Shown one piece after another: positions 57,521 to 59,632 of a DNA stretch of 59,632 nucleotides. Source of the stretch: Clostridium sp. CAG:793 (GTDB taxonomy: Bacteria; Bacillota; Clostridia; TANB77; CAG-508); the NCBI GenBank assembly GCA_000433915.1, contig HF993639.1, forward strand, positions 1 to 59,632, in the 5' to 3' direction. Below the pieces are notes generated by a model. The model was not told where the DNA came from, searched no databases, and saw only the letters and a program-made list of their open reading frames with translations. The translations under genes and the position numbers were made by a program. Numbering within the stretch: the first letter of the stretch is position 1; every line of letters begins with the position of its first letter.

Positions 57521-57550
57521 ATCACCTGATATACATTATATTCAGGTGAT
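57521..57550. terminator. Terminator after the GH18 gene
   Basis: ATCACCTGA (57521-57529) pairs with TCAGGTGAT (57542-57550). T-rich runs flank it on both strands. Confidence 0.65.
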
Positions 57551-57565
57551 TATTTTTTTATTACT

Positions 57566-59248
57566 TTATATGTCTAATTTTTCTTTTATAACATTCCAAA
57601 TGTCACTATTTCCTCTATTTATGTCCCAGAATCCAGCTCCTGCTAGCGTATATGTGTTTACTAAATCTATCTTCGCTTTTATTGATTCTTCATCTTCAAT
57701 CCACATTTTATAGGTTATTCCGTCTTGTGAATATTCTATATAATATTGTTTTAGTTTATCATTCCACTGTTTTTCAACACCTTCTGGTATTTGTACGTCT
57801 TTAAGATTAACTATTTCACTTGATAATTTGCCATTTTCTTCTTTCCATAACCTTGTATATAGTGGCATTTCTACTATGATCTTGTCTTTGTCTATTTCCT
57901 CTTGTCCTAATAATTTCTTGATATTTAGTTCTATCCAGTTTGCTCCTGATACTGTTCCTGCTGTAGTTGATGATATAGTATGTTGATCTAGTCCTAAGAA
58001 TACAATATAATCTGCTGATTTACTTATTGTATGTCTATCATAGCATAGTGACCAGTTATCAGCTCCATCTGGTGCAGTTACAACTACTGATAGTTTCATT
58101 CCTATTTCTTTAAGTCTTGGTGCTAATTCTATTATAAATCTTGAGTAATTGTCTTTATCTGCTTTGTACATATTTTCAAAGTCAACATTTATACCATTTA
58201 CTTCTTCTGAAATCATTTTATCTATTATGCTATCTATTAATTTTGCTCTTGTTTCATATTTGCTAAGTATTTGTGATACGATATCTAAGTTATTTACTTC
58301 TGAATTTGTTAGTGTTGGCCATATCTGATATCTATTTTCCTTTGCCCATTTTATATATTTTTTATCAAAGTTTGCTGATATTGTTCCATCAGATTTTAAT
58401 GCATAAAATGATGGTGAAATTACATTTATTCCATCTATTTTTTCTGTTCGAGTTGGAGTTTTTACATCTGATGTGTAGTAATCCCATGCTATACTAATTT
58501 TTTCATCACTTTTTGTTTGTTCTAATTTTTCTCTTATTGTTTTTTCATTTATTATATCCGAACTTTTTATGTATCCTAATTTTCCGTTTGTTGCTCTTAC
58601 TCTTGTCCAGCCATTTCTCTCTATTGTTGTAGATGTTTCATTATCTTGTACTAAATATATAGTTTCTCCTCTTTGTAAGCTTTCTATATTTTTTGACCAT
58701 GTTGTTGGTTTGTATTTCATATCTGTATTATTTGATACTACTGCTTGTACAGCTTTTCTGTTAAGTGAATCTATTGTAATAATTTTGCTATTTTCATTGT
58801 ATTTCAAATCATAATTGTATATCTCACCCATATCGGTTATTGGCAAATAATATTTGCCGTCTTTGCTAAATATTTTATGCTCTAAATTTGATTTTGAACT
58901 GTTTACTAATATTTGAGTATTATCTATATATAAAGCCACTGTTTTTGTATTTGAAGTGGTGATTATTTTATTATCTTCAACTGTTATTGTTTCATCAAAA
59001 AAGTTTCTTATATCATCTATTGAAGCATAAATTGTTGTTCCATCTATTATTAAATCTGATTTTAGTGATCTAGTCGCATCATTATTATTAATTATTAGTT
59101 TTGTTGCATCTGCTAAATCATCTTTTACATAGTTTGGTGCATATTTTATTATTGTTATTATTGCTATTAATATTACAGCTACTATTATAATTCTTCTTAT
59201 TCCATGTTTTATATTTATTTCTTTATTTTTCACTTTTTTTCGACCCAT
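57566..59248 (-). CDS. Glycoside hydrolase family 18 protein (YaaH/SleL/YdhD-like spore peptidoglycan hydrolase) with TM anchor, stalk-like and SH3b-like domains
   Basis: It has an N-terminal TM helix, a copper-amine-oxidase-N-like stalk region, an SH3b-like segment (GWTRVRATNGKLGYIKSSDI) and a GH18 TIM barrel with GINVDFENM (DxE catalytic motif). Confidence 0.75.
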   Translation of the reverse strand: MGRKKVKNKEINIKHGIRRIIIVAVILIAIITIIKYAPNYVKDDLADATKLIINNNDATRSLKSDLIIDGTTIYASIDDIRNFFDETITVEDNKIITTSNTKTVALYIDNTQILVNSSKSNLEHKIFSKDGKYYLPITDMGEIYNYDLKYNENSKIITIDSLNRKAVQAVVSNNTDMKYKPTTWSKNIESLQRGETIYLVQDNETSTTIERNGWTRVRATNGKLGYIKSSDIINEKTIREKLEQTKSDEKISIAWDYYTSDVKTPTRTEKIDGINVISPSFYALKSDGTISANFDKKYIKWAKENRYQIWPTLTNSEVNNLDIVSQILSKYETRAKLIDSIIDKMISEEVNGINVDFENMYKADKDNYSRFIIELAPRLKEIGMKLSVVVTAPDGADNWSLCYDRHTISKSADYIVFLGLDQHTISSTTAGTVSGANWIELNIKKLLGQEEIDKDKIIVEMPLYTRLWKEENGKLSSEIVNLKDVQIPEGVEKQWNDKLKQYYIEYSQDGITYKMWIEDEESIKAKIDLVNTYTLAGAGFWDINRGNSDIWNVIKEKLDI

Positions 59249-59370
59249 TTGTGTATATTCCTCCTTCTCAACTATAACACAATTATTAAATTATTGGAAT
59301 AGTTTTTTTGTATTTCATTAGTGTAACTTAATTTTTGTTATTTCATATAATGATACAAAGGAGGTAATAT

Positions 59371-59526
59371 ATGTGTAGAATACTAAAGAAATTACTGGCT
59401 ACTTGTCTTATAGGATTTGGGCTTGGAGTTTTACTTGTTCTATTACTTCCAGTATCAGGTTGGCTCTTTATAATTGGTTGTACAATTATAATTGCAGGTT
59501 TTGCATTTCTATGTCAGAAACAATAA
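59371..59526 (+). CDS. 51-aa two-TM micro-protein
   Basis: It encodes MCRILKKLLATCLIGFGLGVLLVLLLPVSGWLFIIGCTIIIAGFAFLCQKQ. An AAAGGAGG RBS lies 7 nt upstream. Confidence 0.5.
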   Translation: MCRILKKLLATCLIGFGLGVLLVLLLPVSGWLFIIGCTIIIAGFAFLCQKQ

Positions 59527-59550
59527 TTTATTAATTAAGGAGGTTATTAT

Positions 59551-59631
59551 ATGACTATTGTTGTAAAAAAAGTTCCAAAATGGTTACGTGGTTTTGTTAA
59601 ATTAATTTTCGGTGTTAAAGAGTCAAAATAA
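59551..59631 (+). CDS. spoVM: Stage V sporulation protein M (26-aa amphipathic peptide)
   Basis: It encodes MTIVVKKVPKWLRGFVKLIFGVKESK, the same length as B. subtilis SpoVM (MKFYTIKLPKFLGGIVRAMLGSFRKD). Residues M1, K7, P9, K10, L12, G14, V16 and G21 are shared. An AAGGAGG RBS lies 7 nt upstream. Confidence 0.7.
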   Translation: MTIVVKKVPKWLRGFVKLIFGVKESK

Positions 59632-59632
59632 T

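Noticed and set aside
1-59632. CRISPR arrays, tandem repeat arrays, or known defence systems (restriction-modification, toxin-antitoxin, retrons, Cas)
   Set aside because: No regularly spaced direct repeats were seen in any intergenic region. All larger ORFs are accounted for by housekeeping or sporulation functions, or are isolated unknowns without nuclease, ATPase or RT hallmarks of defence modules.

Overview
This is a very AT-rich chromosomal segment (roughly 70% A+T by eye, not computed). It looks like an endospore-forming, low-GC Firmicute, Clostridia-like. Almost all genes are on the minus strand and tightly packed, and the content is core housekeeping plus sporulation rather than an accessory island.

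Gene order, left to right:
- A truncated tRNA at the window edge.
- A cell-envelope module: S41 Ctp protease, two tandem coiled-coil M23 peptidases, ftsX and ftsE.
- A lone plus-strand tyrosine recombinase.
- An unusual convergent intergenic region holding three perfect DnaA boxes, tandem Spo0A boxes, an inverted repeat and a candidate sRNA.
- recN, with a near-consensus promoter and a LexA-like box, then a membrane-anchored cyclophilin and disA.
- A frameshifted radA.
- A GH15 hydrolase translationally coupled to a beta-CASP metallo-beta-lactamase fold (MBL) nuclease, then a 459-aa unknown preceded by a coupled upstream ORF (uORF).
- ftsK/spoIIIE, ytxC, an SDR oxidoreductase, and metK with a SAM-I riboswitch.
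- An 18-kb ribosomal supercluster: rplM-rpsI, S10, spc (L30 absent) and alpha operons, with infA, map, adk and secY.
- The divergent infC-rpmI-rplT operon, with an L20-type attenuator and a non-AUG infC start.
- A ComEC-like MBL protein and a small unknown.
- A sporulation cluster: yunB, a SipL/SpoVID-like DUF3794+LysM protein, veg, spoIIQ, spoIID, sigF, spoIIAB and spoIIAA.
- valS, an aldose epimerase, greA, a GH18 spore-cortex-type hydrolase, and an unannotated 26-aa spoVM at the right edge.

I saw no CRISPR array, prophage, IS element or recognisable defence system.

The items most worth follow-up are:
- the DnaA-box/0A-box module beside the orphan recombinase;
- the sRNA candidate downstream of recN;
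- the split radA;
- the uORF-coupled unknown/beta-CASP/GH15 operon;
- the long structured leader of the S10 operon;
- several lineage-specific ribosomal protein extensions.

All functional calls come from reading motifs in the supplied translations and the DNA. No database search was run.
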